A stretch of DNA of 64,000 nucleotides from Heteronotia binoei (taxonomy: Eukaryota): positions 56,482,001-56,546,000 of the forward strand of contig NC_083223.1 of assembly GCF_032191835.1 (NCBI RefSeq), written 5' to 3'. A program made the position numbers and the translations under genes. Of the stretch, positions 13,001-25,808 are shown piece by piece. Position 1 is the first letter of the stretch. Each line of letters begins with the position of its first letter. The notes below the pieces were generated by a model. It was given only the letters and a program-made list of their open reading frames with translations. It did no database searches and was not told where the DNA came from.

Positions 13001-15897
13001 AGAAAGCCTTCCAGTGATGCAACAGCAAAAAAAGAAAGAAAGAAACAGAAAAAATGACAGCTGAGAGAGCCTGATGGAGGAATGTGTGCAGAAAACTCAT
13101 GCGAGGAAATTCTGTTGCTAATGGACCTGCCCTTGCATTCCAAGTGGCAATGGAAGGAACACAGAAAATTCTTGTCATGTGTAATCATCCTTGGATAAAG
13201 AACCACATTCAAGGATGTAACCTCCATTTGCAGTCTAATATGCTACTGAAGGAAGGCTGCATCGCATTATTCCTCAATATGTAGTTTATCTCTGAGTAAT
13301 GTATCAGGGTTGCACATCAAGAAATTAAAGAGAACTCATGATATTGATAAAGTAGGAGCCTTGTTTCCCAGCCATCATTGCTTCTGTCTTATCTTTTATT
13401 TGTTTTATACCTGTGGAAATAAAAACGGAACCATTCATTTAGCATGTGGGGGGGAAACCCATTTGGCAGGATCCTTATGTTCCAGCTTCCAATTACCTCA
13501 ACCAGTTGCTATATTAAATATTGCAAGTTTACAACATTTGATCTGAGTGTACAAAAAGGACACTTTGGATATTAACATGGAGTTCCAGAATAATTGGAAG
13601 GTCCAGAATTCCCAGTTAGACTTCCTCTGAACATGCATGGGAACCAGCAACTCCATAAATTAATGGAAACATTAAGATCAGCCTTGTTTTATACATCTAC
13701 AATTTACATTGTATCAGCATAAACGTGAGATACAGGGAAGCAACCAGATGTTTATGCTTTGAAATAAAGATTCCTATGCTTTTGTCGGTATGCGTTAATC
13801 TGTTCTAGGTTTTGCCAGTAACACATTTACTGGAAAATTTCTTCCATTATTAATGTCTGAATTTATATGTAGATTTCATTGTAACTAATATAGCATCTTT
13901 TGGTATTAAGTCTGAGATCCATCCCCCATTCTAATCATTTTTCCTATAATAAATCCTATTAATCTAAATGGTTCTTAAATACCAGTCAACTTTCTTCGGG
14001 TTGCATCTAAATCAAAAATAAAATGCACACACCAGCTCAATATGAAAACAACAGACTGAAGCCAAAGTTAAGTCTCAAGCACACTCTTAGTACTAAATGA
14101 AATAAACGAGTCTTGCAGTACATCCTGAAAATTGCCAAAGAGGTCCTGCCAGGCCATCAGGAGGAATGACTCCCAAGGGAAAGGCCCAAAATGAAAAAGC
14201 TCAGCTTCTGGACTCCTAAATTTTGATCCTGGGGAACGGGTAACAAGAGCTTTGCACTCGATTTCAGTTGCATTAGTGGGATAGGACTTGAAAGGCTGTC
14301 TTGAAAACAAACATCCTCCACTGTTCTATCTGGAGCTAAAGGTTATGGCCGGGTGGGGGGAGAGGCTAGCAAGTTTTGCTCTTGAGCTTGATAAAGTGAG
14401 CAAGAGTGAGATAGCATTCTGGAAGCAGCATAAGGGTCATGCTCCACAGAATTATGCAAATCCGTTTCAATCAGTCATCTCACTGACCCCATAAAACCAG
14501 CTGTTAAGAAGTCACTACATTTGGAAGTCAAAATTGTATAACTATATAGATGAACTGCAGGGAGTCCGTTCAAAAGCCAACCAGCTTTGGCTGGTGGACA
14601 CTTCTAGCCAGCAAAGACTAATACGAATGCCATTATACATTTGCCTATAATCCAGTTGGTCACATAGCGGGAAGAAATCTGATGCTACTAGACTCATAAT
14701 GGCCTCAAACATTCCTTCAAGGCCACCGGAAACATACAGCGGTGATGGTTGCTAAGCAATTAGTGCCCATTCTAATTATGCCTAAGGTGTGCTTTTATAA
14801 AGCGCAAGATTAATGATTAATTTGCTATAGTATCGATTCCCAACTAAACCATTATCCACAGTGCGTTGAAATTGCCTGAGAGCATGCTGACCATTTGGCA
14901 CATAAATACTATATTAGAATGCAGGAAACCAGCAGCTAAAGTTGTTTCTGAAGGTGCCACCATATGAAGAGCTTTCAACCCATTTCTGTGAACTTCGCAA
15001 CGGTGGAATGCAGTAGATACCATCATTATTAATTTTCAAGTGCTTTCCCCTAGCAATAACATTCATTGGTTTTTTATTTGCAGTCACGTTGCCACACATT
15101 GCAATGGTTTAGTGTATTTTAGGTCTTATTTATCATTGACGCTTTACAATGTGCAAACTAGTTCATTTGAGGACTACTATGATAGAAAAGCATGTTCAAT
15201 ATTGCTTAAACAAATTAGTAATCTTTCTCATTTGCAAAATTTTAAACTGTTACTGGCAGTGCTGTGCCTATGGTCTGTGATATAGAATGGGATCTACATG
15301 GATAATCTTTAAAATTACCGTGTCCAAATATAAAATATTAATTGTACGTCCAGCTTTAAAAGCAGAATTGACCTAGTATGCTGCACCAGAATAGGGCATT
15401 CCTTCTCTTTGGACCAGACTGAGTAGGGTTTCTGGATTTCATAGGAGACTGTACTTCTGTGTACAAGAAATAATTTTATAGCATGAAATGGACCATAAAT
15501 CGTAATTTGTGCTCAAAATGGCTGATTTGTGGTTCATTTCATTGTGTTGTGCCCGAATTGGAAAGTGAACTCGCTGTTTCCCGGGGCAGTTCATTTGGTT
15601 TGTTATTGGTTTGTTTCTCCAGACAGCCTGGCACCAATGTAATCAATTCCTAGGGAACAATGGAGATGGACTTCTGGGAGCCCTAGAAACACCCATAGCA
15701 GTTGCCCATAGCTTGATTGGCAGCTCTGAGAGCCCATCACAGAGTTTCTATTCTTCTCAATGGGAGCAAATAGTATTTATTGCCACACCCTGAGTCATCT
15801 GCTTTCATTTTGCATGCAGCTTCTGCAGGAGTTAGTCACATTGTGTGCTTGTTGATTTGACTGCTGCTGCATGCTAGAGTGTAGGGACTCTTTTTGT

Positions 15898-16846
15898 TAG
15901 GGTTGCCAAGTCCCATTTTTAAAATATCTGGGGACTTTGGGGGTGGAGCCAGGAGACACTGGGGTGGAGCTAGGGGGAGGGGGGGAAACGGCGCCGGGGA
16001 GCGTCGCTGCGCTGCCATGGCTGCTCCTCCGAGATGGGCTCAGGCTGGGCCCATCTCGGAGGAGCAGCTGCCGGGGGGGGGGGGCGTTGCGGCGGCGTCA
16101 CGTGCTCCGCCTCTGCATTGGAAAGGGGGGGGTTGAGGCGGGCCAGGAGCGTGGCGAGCCGCGAGTCCGGGTCCTAGAGGGGCCCGGATTCGCAGCTCGC
16201 CATGCTCCTGGCCTGCCTCCACCCTCCCCTTCTCTGGTTTGGCTGCTCCTCCGAGATGGGCTCAGGCTAGGGTTGCCAAGTCCCATTTTTAAAATATCTG
16301 GGGACTTTGGGGGTGGAGCCAGGAGACTTTGGGGGTGGAGCCAGGAGACACTGGGGTGGAGCTAGGGGGAGGGGGGAAACGGCGCCGGGGAGCGTCGCTG
16401 CGCTGCCGTGGCTGCTCCTCCGAGATGGGCTCAGGCTGGGCCCATCTCGGAGGAGCAGCTGCCGGGGGGGGGCGTTGCGGCAGCGTCGCGCGCTCCGCTC
16501 AGCCTCTGGGTTGGAATTCAGGGGGGTGGAGGCGGGCCAGGAGCGTGGCGAGCCGCGAGTCCGGGTCCTAGAGGGGCCCGGATTCGCGGCTCGCCATGCT
16601 CCTGGCCCGCCTTCACCCTCCCCTTCTCTGCTTTGGCTGCTCCTCTGAGATGGGCTCAGCCTGGGCCCATCTCGGAGGAGCAGCTGCGGGGAGGGAGGGG
16701 GCGGCAGCAGCGCGGCAGCGTTGCCCGCTCTGGGATGGGGTGCCCGCCGTTTCTCCCCCTCCCCCCGCTTCTGTTTTTGGGGGGAGCGGGGGAAGAGGGT
16801 GGAAAACCTGGCATCCCCCGCCAGAGCGAGAGGGTTGGGAAGGCTA
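15898..16846. mobile_element. CpG-rich 949-bp hAT (TAGGG family) with an internally duplicated left end
   Basis: Perfect TSD CTTTTTGT (15890-15897, 16847-16854). Left TIR TAGGGTTGCCA at 15898 and again at 16268. Right end TGGGAAGGCTA. Confidence 0.88.
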
Positions 16847-18205
16847 CTTTTTGTCCTCCAGCCCCACATTATGGGACAATGTTAAACATCTCTTCCAGCT
16901 GCCAATTGCTCCTCTGTGGTTTAAGGGACCTTAGCTCCAAGGGGAAGCTGTTTTGGGTTTGGGGTTGCCTGCTTCTGTGGTGTTTGGGGCTGTTCTTGCC
17001 CTGGCGGGCTCCATCACTGTCACCGCTGCTTGCTATGTGGCTCTCTGCTCTCTCTGGGTTTGGGGCCTGGCTTGCTGGAGGCTGCAGTCTCTGTGCCCAA
17101 GTAGCTGGGGCACTTCCTCTTCCTGCTACCTGCTGCCACAAGACTCTTTAGGCCCCTTGCTGGCCCTCACCTGGCTGCAATAAGTTGGGGGGAACTCAGG
17201 TGGTGGTGGTGGGGTGCATGCTGCCCCCTTCAGGAACTGGCAGTCAGGAGGGCCATCAGGGGAGTCAGGAAGACCCACCCCAGTCCTGGCCAGAAGCCGC
17301 CAGGACACTTCTACAATTTTATTTCAATTCCTAATTTATTTTGGTAGGCTTTGATTTGTTTTAATCACAGAGAACAAACCAAGTTTCTTGTGCCTCTGTG
17401 GTAACTCAGCCCCCCCCCATCTAATTCCCATCAAACTTAGACCAGGTAGAGGAAAGTCTGCTGAAGAATCTGCCACAAATTTGGCCTCTCTAGCCCACTC
17501 AGGGACCGTATTACCCCTTCCTGAACCAAATGAATCACAAATTGGTTCCAGAAATCTTTTTTAAAAAATGAATCAACATGAATCAATGACTTGGGTGACC
17601 AAACAAACCATGAACTGAAATGAACCACCATTTTCCCAGTTTGTACCCATCTCTAGTCTTAATTTCTCTTAATAGCGGTAGGAGAAGCCAAAGTTACTGA
17701 ATATTTTTGGCGTTTTGGTTTTGGCACTCAAATCCTTCCCTGTATTATGTCTTATGCATCTAGATATGTAAGGTGAAGAAAAGTTCTGCTCTCAAAGATA
17801 GTTCATGATAAGAGTTAAAAATAATATCATTTCACAGTTGCCCCTTGGGCAAAAACACTGTTGATATAAACACAATACTTTCTGTAGTCTAAATTAAAAT
17901 TATTAAAATGGATTGCGATGAGAGGAAATGATGCTATCAGTACAATCCTAAAGAGACTTACTCCAGTCTAAACCCATTAAAATGAACAGGCTTAGACTGG
18001 TGTAACTCTCTTTAGGTTTGCACTGTTTGAGAAGGTATGTGTTTCTCACACACCTTCATAGAGGCCCACAGTTAACATTCTTTTTTCCCTTTTTTAAAAA
18101 TCTTCTCTGCTGTCTTCATATATTTGAATACCGCAGCATTTGAATACCGTAGTCTTCCAGGTATTTTTGTTTGTTTGGAAATATTAAAATATTACTTACA
18201 GTAAC

Positions 18206-18379
18206 CATAGCTTTTTTTGTAGGAAAAAAACCAGCAGGAACTCATTTGCATATTAGGCCACACCCCCTGATGGCACCATTGTTTCACACAAGGCTTTTTT
18301 GTAGAAAAAGCCCAGCGGGAACTCATTTGCATATTAGACCAAGCCAGCTGGAACTGTGTTCCTGTTCAAAAAAGCCCTG
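18206..18379. mobile_element. hAT MITE, CAGGGCTTTTTT family
   Basis: Perfect TSD ACAGTAAC. Two ATTTGCAT octamers. Confidence 0.9.
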
Positions 18380-19261
18380 ACAGTAACAATTGTCAAGCAA
18401 TAATTATTATATTATCTATTAAACTCTCATCAATAAAGAATACATGTCAGCTATCAAATATTGCCAAATATCAACTGTTACATATTGAAATTATTTGACC
18501 ACACATGTTGAATGCAGACATCTAATAACTGGCAAATGTTCAGTCAATTCCTGGAGAGCACTGCAATCAAAAATTTGCAAAGGATAATTTCGAGAGTCTG
18601 TAGAGGATCAATTCACTTCAGTGTTTTCCTTTTATAAAATCTTTAATAAATTCCCAACCAAATAAATACTCCTCTCTGTATAATAATTTAGTGACTTCTG
18701 TTAAAATTCTTGATGTTAAATGTAATCACTGCATGTACACATTTAAACATATAAAGAAAAACTAATAAAATGAATATATACAAGGTTGACCACCATTGCG
18801 ATTCCCATTGAGACTCTGCTTAATTAGTATCGCCAGAGCTACAAGGTATGACTTCACACTTTATCCTTTGCAGCAAGTATAAAGAGCATATGTGGAAAGA
18901 TCTTTATAGATTCTGAAAGTAAGCCAGCTTTCACACAGATCAGTAAATTCTATTTCCTATCACAAGAGAATGGGGATTATCTAGAGAGAATGAGTTAAAA
19001 AAAATCCACAATGAAGCTGCTATCAATACGTAGCTGTCTTCAGAATGCTGTTTGCTACACTATAATTTGTTGCTAATGAACAGATCTAAAATAGAACCTT
19101 TTGTATGCATCCCATCAGCTGTTCTTTGGCTTTGCCTACATCTCTGTGCCTTCAATACAAGCATTCAAGTAGGTGACCTTGGTGTTTTGTTTGGTTTATA
19201 TATTTTGGCAAAGCAAGATTAACTCACCTTTAGTTTCACCAGCCTGGATTTCTCCTGCTTG

Positions 19262-20099
19262 CAGAGCCAACATGCCTGCTAGGTGACCTTAGGTGGTTGC
19301 CTAGGGTGCAGCCCTGGGGAGCTCCAAATTGGGTGCCCTCTGGGAGGGTGGGGGCCACCACTTCCCTCCTGGGGAATTTAAATCATGATCACAGGTAACG
19401 CTGGCAGAAGCAGCTGGCCTGACCTTCCTCTCCATTTAAAGAACCTGCCAACCATCTGGCCAACAGGGAGGGATGGTGGCTCAGTGGTAGAGCATCTGCT
19501 TGGTAAGCAGAAGATTCCGGCATCTCCAACTAAAAAGGGTCCAGGCAAATAGGCGTGAAAAACCTCAGCTGGAGACCCTGGAGAGCCGCTACCAGTCTGA
19601 GAAGACAATACTATGATGGGCCGAGGGTCTGATTCAGTATAAGGCAGTTTCATATGTTCATATGACAGGGTCTTTAAATCACACAGGAAGGGCAGCGGCC
19701 CGGCAGGGGCAACCTTCAAGCACCTTGTGGCTTGTAGGCTGCCTCCACCCCCACCGGCTATTCAAATCACATGGGAAGAGTGGCAGGAGCAGCCACTGCC
19801 CTTCCTGCACAATTTAAAGACCCTTCTGACGAGCTGGTCGGTGGGCTCTTTAAATGCAGGGGGAGGCCGGCCCAGCTACTTCTGCCAGTGATACCCATGA
19901 TTGGAAGAGTGCCCAGGAGCAGGCATTGGCCTCCTAGGTGATTTTAAGGCCTGCCAGCTGATCAGCAGGACCTTTTACAGGCATGGGAAGGGCAGTGGCT
20001 GTTCTTGGATGCCCTCCCACACTATTTAAATCACCTGGGAGAGAGGGGCAGCCCCCACCCTCCCAGCATAGGGCATCAGCAACCCTGGCACTGGCCCCG
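19262..20099. mobile_element. Non-autonomous hAT (Tip100-like) containing a SINE insertion
   Basis: Perfect TSD CCTGCTTG (19254-19261, 20100-20107). Ends CAGAGCC / CGGGGCC (reverse complement). Confidence 0.85.
19469..19664 (+). mobile_element. tRNA-derived SINE with (CATATGTT)n tail
   Basis: A-box-like GGTGGCTCAGTGG; B box deleted. ACAGGG direct repeat on both sides. Confidence 0.85.
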
Positions 20100-21602
20100 C
20101 CTGCTTGGAAGCAATGGTTTATAATATATTTATTTGATTGTTTCACAATTTCTTTCTAAAATGTGTTCCTGTATTCCGAAGGGATCTTCATTTACAATAA
20201 TTTAGACAACTCCATCATGTTTTTAAATGTGGCTTTGATTTAAAGCTATTGTGTAATTTTGAGGGACTTTTGCTTTTTTTTAGGTTCATTCCTGAGTATG
20301 CTCATATAGAGACTACTTCAGGGCCAAATTAAACCATTACTATTTTTAGAGTGTTGGGTCTCGATTTCCAAGCACAGCAGCTGCAGGGAATGGCTTCTAA
20401 AACAAGGACAGTCCAAACTGACTCTAAACACTGCCAGGGTGGAGGTACTGCTCCTGCCTCCCCTCATGCTGTTCTCCTGCATGAAAACTACCCCATTAAA
20501 AATCTGCCAAGAGAACATCATGATGTGGTGTCACTTCATGGGTTGGTAACAACTTGGTGCTTGCACAGGGGACTACCTTTACCTTTATATTATTACTAGT
20601 AACAAGGCCGGTTGTGAAGAAAAATACAATGGGCTCTAGAAAGAGGCTCTGGGTGAGTGCCCCCCCCCTTGCTGTCCTCCATCCACCCAAGCGAAGGCAT
20701 GAACTTCCCCTACGCACACCTGAACGGAAGCTGATGTCATCTGGAGAGCAGTTGTAATTCTGAATGATCCCCAACCCTCACCTGGAGATTAAACTGGAAG
20801 AGAGGATCACAGAGAGGTTGAGAACAGGGAAACACTGATATAATAACAAAATCACTAATAACAATTTATACCAAATTTATCAAATTTAAATAAAGTGATA
20901 TTAACACACAACTCATAAATTTTGTTATCAGTGAGTAAGAACTTCTCATAACAAATCATCCAATGCAACTGAGCACACATGAAACCTTATATGAAAATTA
21001 CTTCCATTATAGTGCAAAGTGCAAAAAAGTGCTTGTATATTGAAATTTTGGTTTCTAAATCCCAAAGTTCATTTCATAGTTTTTTGTAGAAGACCACCAA
21101 AACCGCCTGACAGAACCCGGTGCTGACTGATGGTTTGCCATGCCGTTTCAAATCTCTTTGTCAAAGAGGGGATGTCTGAAGTTCTTCCAAACCTTTTTAG
21201 TACACAAAAAATTGATTAATTAATAACACACGAATACGGGAATATACAAAGTTCTATATCATTTCCATTTTAAATAATTCACCATGGGTGGGGGAGAACC
21301 AATGCTATCCTTTTTTTTTCTCCTGTAGGGCACAGAGCAGCCTGAAAGAGAGGACATTTACTTTAAGGGAAATGGGAAGCCAGTGTGGTTAAAGTGTCAG
21401 CCTAGGATGTGGGCAACCAGGTTAAAATCCCTACACTGCCATGATGCTCACTGGGTCTCCCTTGGATAAAAATGTGTTGGGCAGAAAAGAACATCTCCTT
21501 CCCCTCTCCTGATTCATTTGAAGCTCTTCTGTATATCTTCATGAGCCAATTAATCCATACAATCATAAAGATGGGGAAAGGATCACAAAGTTCATCCAGT
21601 AT

Positions 21603-22027
21603 AAGTATTTATTTATTTATAAATTAAACTTTTAGACCACCCTCCCCTGTATATGCAAGACTCACGGAAGTGAACAACAATAAAATACGCTCATAAATTA
21701 ATAAAGAACAGTTCATAAAGTAAAATAATGCACATTTCCAGATGGCATTAAAAACTTTAGATTGCTCCACTGCCTCATGGGGCACAGATGAGGTTACTAT
21801 CCTCAACCAAAAGTCTGATGGAACATCTCTGCCTTGCAAGCCCTGTGGAACTGCATTAAGTCCCATAGGGCGTGGATATTATTCAGCAGAGAATTCCAAA
21901 AGGTCAGAGCCAGAGTCAAAAAGGCCCTGACTCTGGTCAGGGACAGCTGGATATATTTGGGGTTGGAGATCACCAGTAGTTTTTTCTCTGCAATGCATAG
22001 TGCTCTTTGGGGGGTATACATTCTATA
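21603..22027 (-). mobile_element. Old L2 3' fragment
   Basis: Degenerate RVRAF...WNSL...FHRACKAEMF C-terminus and (TAAA)n tail on the minus strand. Confidence 0.75.
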
Positions 22028-23530
22028 ACTGGTTGCTCTCATGGATGACCTCCAGAGGCATCTGGATAGAGGTGGCTCAGCAGTACTAATGCTTCTAGAA
22101 CTATCAGCCGTGTTTGACACGGTCGATCATCAGTTGCTGACCTGCCACCTTGCCGACACTGGGATACGAGGGTTGGCCTTACAGTGGCTCTCCTTTTTCC
22201 TTTAGGATCGGGGACAAAGGGTGGCGATAGGGGAGGAACTGTCCCGTTGGCACCCACTTGTGTGTGGTGTACCACAAGGGGCAGTTCTATCCCCAATGTT
22301 GTTCAACATCTACATGTGCCCCCTTGCCCAGACCGCCCAGAGGTTTGGGCTGGGATGTCATCAATATGCGGATGATACCCAGCTTTAGCTACTGATGGGC
22401 AGCCAGTCCAACTCCTCCATGGAAGATCTGACCATGGCACTTAAAGCTGCAGCACGGTGGCTCAGGCTGTGTCGACTGAAGCTGAATTCAATGAAGACAG
22501 ATGTACTGTACCTAAGTCGTGGCGGTCTGGGAACTGAGGTCTTACTACCGACCTTCGACTGGGCACCACTTACACTGGTGCCCAAGGTCAAAAACTTAGG
22601 GGTGTTCCTGGATTCCTCTTTAAATATGGAAGCCAAGGTGGCAGCAACTGCCAAATCAGCCTTCTATCATCTATGGCTGATAAGACAGTTGGTCCTCTAC
22701 CTCAAACTCAGCGACTTGGCGACAGTGATCCACGCCACGGTCACCTCAAGATTGGATTACTGCAATGTCCTCTACATGGGACTGCCCTTGGCTCGAACCT
22801 GGAAGCTTCAACTGGTGCAGAATGCAGCAGCCAGGTTGTTAATGGGCCTTCCTATACGGGAACACATTCAACCTGTACTGAAAGTGCTGCACTGGTTGCC
22901 TATTGTATACTGGGTTCGTTTCAAGTTGTTGGTTCTTACCTTTAAGGCCCTATATGGCCAGGGGCCTGCATACCTGAGGGACCGCCTTTCCCCACATGTT
23001 CCCTGGAGAGCACTTCAGTCTGGATCACAAAATCTACTTACAATCCCCAGCCCTAAGGAGGCCAGGCTCATGTCGACTAGAGTCAGAGCCTTCTCTGTAG
23101 TGGCCCCAAGCTGGTGGAATGAGTTGCCGGAAGAAGTCAGGGCACTGCGAGAGCTCATACAGTTCCGCAGGGCCTGTAAGACGGCATTCTTCCACTAGGC
23201 ATTTGTGAACTAGGCTGTTGGCCACTACAGTTTATAGCAACACGTGAACCACCACCGACAATCTGCTGTATAGCAGTTGCAGAGAGGATAATTTAAGATC
23301 TGCTATACAGAGAACTATAACATTGGAAAATGTGAGATCATGGCACCGAAGCATTATGTATTTTATGTCTATTTTACTCTATGTTTTATGGTTTTAATGC
23401 TGTATTATTACGTTGAATCATGCACATGCATGTCTGTGTGAGCTGCCTTGAGCCCACCTTGGCAGGGAGGGTGGGAAATAAGTGGAATAAAACAAAATAA
23501 AAAAATAAAATAAATACAATAAATACAATA
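22028..23530 (+). mobile_element. 5'-truncated L2 LINE (RT domain to 3' UTR)
   Basis: DDLQRHLDRGGSAVLMLL, GVPQGAVLSP and YADD motifs. ORF 22395-23198 contains RLDYCN and LQLVQNAAARL. A-rich tail. Confidence 0.93.
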
Positions 23531-23569
23531 TGCTTTTGCAGCTTCGTTGTGAATGCACCAGCAAATTCA

Positions 23570-23706
23570 NNNNNNNNNNNNNNNNNNNNNNNNNNNNNNN
23601 NNNNNNNNNNNNNNNNNNNNNNNNNNNNNNNNNNNNNNNNNNNNNNNNNNNNNNNNNNNNNNNNNNNNNNNNNNNNNNNNNNNNNNNNNNNNNNNNNNNN
23701 NNNNNN
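23570..23706. other. Assembly gap (N run)
   Basis: Run of N. Confidence 1.
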
Positions 23707-24774
23707 ATAATAATAAAAAATATGTAACCAAGTTCATAAAATGGGTATGCAGACCAATTGGGCAACCCCCCTAAATACTAATATCTAGATTTTTAATCCA
23801 CTCAATCACAGCTGGAGAGAGTTCAAAGAATTCCGTCACAATTCTAGCTCGCCTCTTTATGGTGCACCCTGTATAACACTAAAAGCTTCTGGCAGCCGAA
23901 CAATCATAGAATCTCCTGGCTACACCGCACACATGGAAGCAATCCAGTATAAATTCCTGCTTGGTACAGTACATCACTAGTGACAGCATCCCAACCAAAA
24001 GGAACTCCAGCATTTGTGCAAGTTGGCCACAAGATTTCATGAGTAAAGGACACCATTCTAAACAAGACTGATCATGTACATGGTCTCTGAAATTCCTTTT
24101 AATTTGGAATAATTATCTCATTTCATTAAACATGCTATGATTTTGTAACCTTTATTTATTGCAATGACAAAATCAAAAGTATGGGTATGGGCAGTAGATC
24201 GTAGTCCTAGAAACAGCAAAAATAATCCTATGAGATTCAAGGAAAACATTCAAGGGCAAGAGTGAAAGGGACAGGATTATAATGATGACGTAGTCATTTG
24301 ATTTCTATAATCCTAACCTCAAGGGAAATTTATGAAGACATGATTCAGAAACATTCAATCTTTGTGTATGTTACGGGATTAATCCCAGTAAATCTACAAT
24401 AAAAATAAATTATAAAATATAAATATTTATATTTGCATGCTATGGATAATTTATTCTGGAATAAATTTTGCTATTTACATAGATTTTTAATGACTCTTTC
24501 AAGAGGGTTCAGGCAAATATACTTTACTATAATTCTGTCCTCACTGTCTAAATGAGCATAAAGGGGAAGAAAATATTCAAGATACAAAGAAAATTTACGT
24601 AATTTTTTCATGAATGCAGGAGTCAAGTGAAAGCCCCGTGTTCTCTCATTTACCAGTCTCTCTACCCATATCCCATTATTCCTGTTGCTTTAGCTTGTCA
24701 CAGTTTTTGCATGTTCTTTATCACATGCAATCGAGCCACTGAATATTACATCACCACTGTCTACTTGCTAATCT

Positions 24775-25440
24775 CAATTTTATTTATTCATTTATTTACT
24801 CATTCATTTATAACTGCACCCTTTCCTCAACAGAGGACTTGAAGTGGTTTACAATATAGCATTAAAACTTAAAAAATAGATAATAAAACAGATAAATACC
24901 AATAAATACAATAAAACAAATTCTAATGAAAAAATCAATTGGTCATCAGCTCTGAGACAAACTGAACAGACAGACAGCTCACCCATTCTCTTAATTAATT
25001 AAATGCTACACAAAACAAGGCAGACATGCATGCCTTACAGACCCTTAATAGGACCTAAAGGCCATTAACCTTCTCGAGAATCTGGTTCCAGAGGGTAGGA
25101 GCAACCACTGAGAAGGTCCTTGCCCTCCTGGGCTATTTGTGGTCCAAGTACCTACAGGAGGCCCAATCACAGAGATCAAAGGTGGTGAGAGGGATCATAT
25201 CAGGAGAGGTGTCCCAAAAATATGAGAATCCCAGACCATTTAGGGCTTTATAGGTCATAATCAACATCTTGAATTTGCACCAGAAATCAATTAAGAGCCA
25301 GTGCAGTTGCCACAAAATTGGAATTATATAAGGCAACCAAGAAGACCTGTTTAGCAGTCTAGCCACAGGGTTGTGGATCAGCTGCAGTTTTTTGAAGCAT
25401 CTTCAAGGGTAGCCTTATGTAGAGCATGTCATCTGGGAAT
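24775..25440 (-). mobile_element. Old L2 3' fragment
   Basis: Minus ORF 25133-25366 (LHWL...FKMLIMTYKALNGLG) and a TAAA-type tail near 24780. Confidence 0.8.
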
Positions 25441-25808
25441 GACCATTGTATCACATGTAACTGAGCCAGCTGCAAGAACTGAACGAAACAAATAGGGAGC
25501 CGGTTGCCAGGCTCAACATAGACAATAAAATACTGCCTTCATTATCGTTGTCCAAGGAAGAGTGGGTGGAGCCACACTGCAAGGCTTTTGATGGTGTCCA
25601 TTGCTACAACCATAACAAGCCCAACAAAACTCTCTCTCTCTCTCTCTCTCTCTGTAGCAAGGCAAAATGTTCATACCTTCACTAAAACGTTGCTACTCTT
25701 AAAAGCACTCTTTGTAGCTCTCCTGATGGTGGGAACTGCGCAAAGGAAGCTCTGGCTCTTTCTTTCCTTCCCCGAGGCACGAGGAGGAGGAGGAACCTCA
25801 GCCATTCA

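Noticed and set aside
15898-16846. CpG-island promoter or protein-coding ORFs (200-247 aa)
   Set aside because: Bounded by hAT TIRs and a perfect TSD. The ORFs occur in many frames, are low-complexity and repeat with the duplication.
21603-23530. Twin-priming 5' inversion of a single L2
   Set aside because: The minus-strand part is a separate 3' end with its own tail and is far more degraded, so these are two independent insertions.
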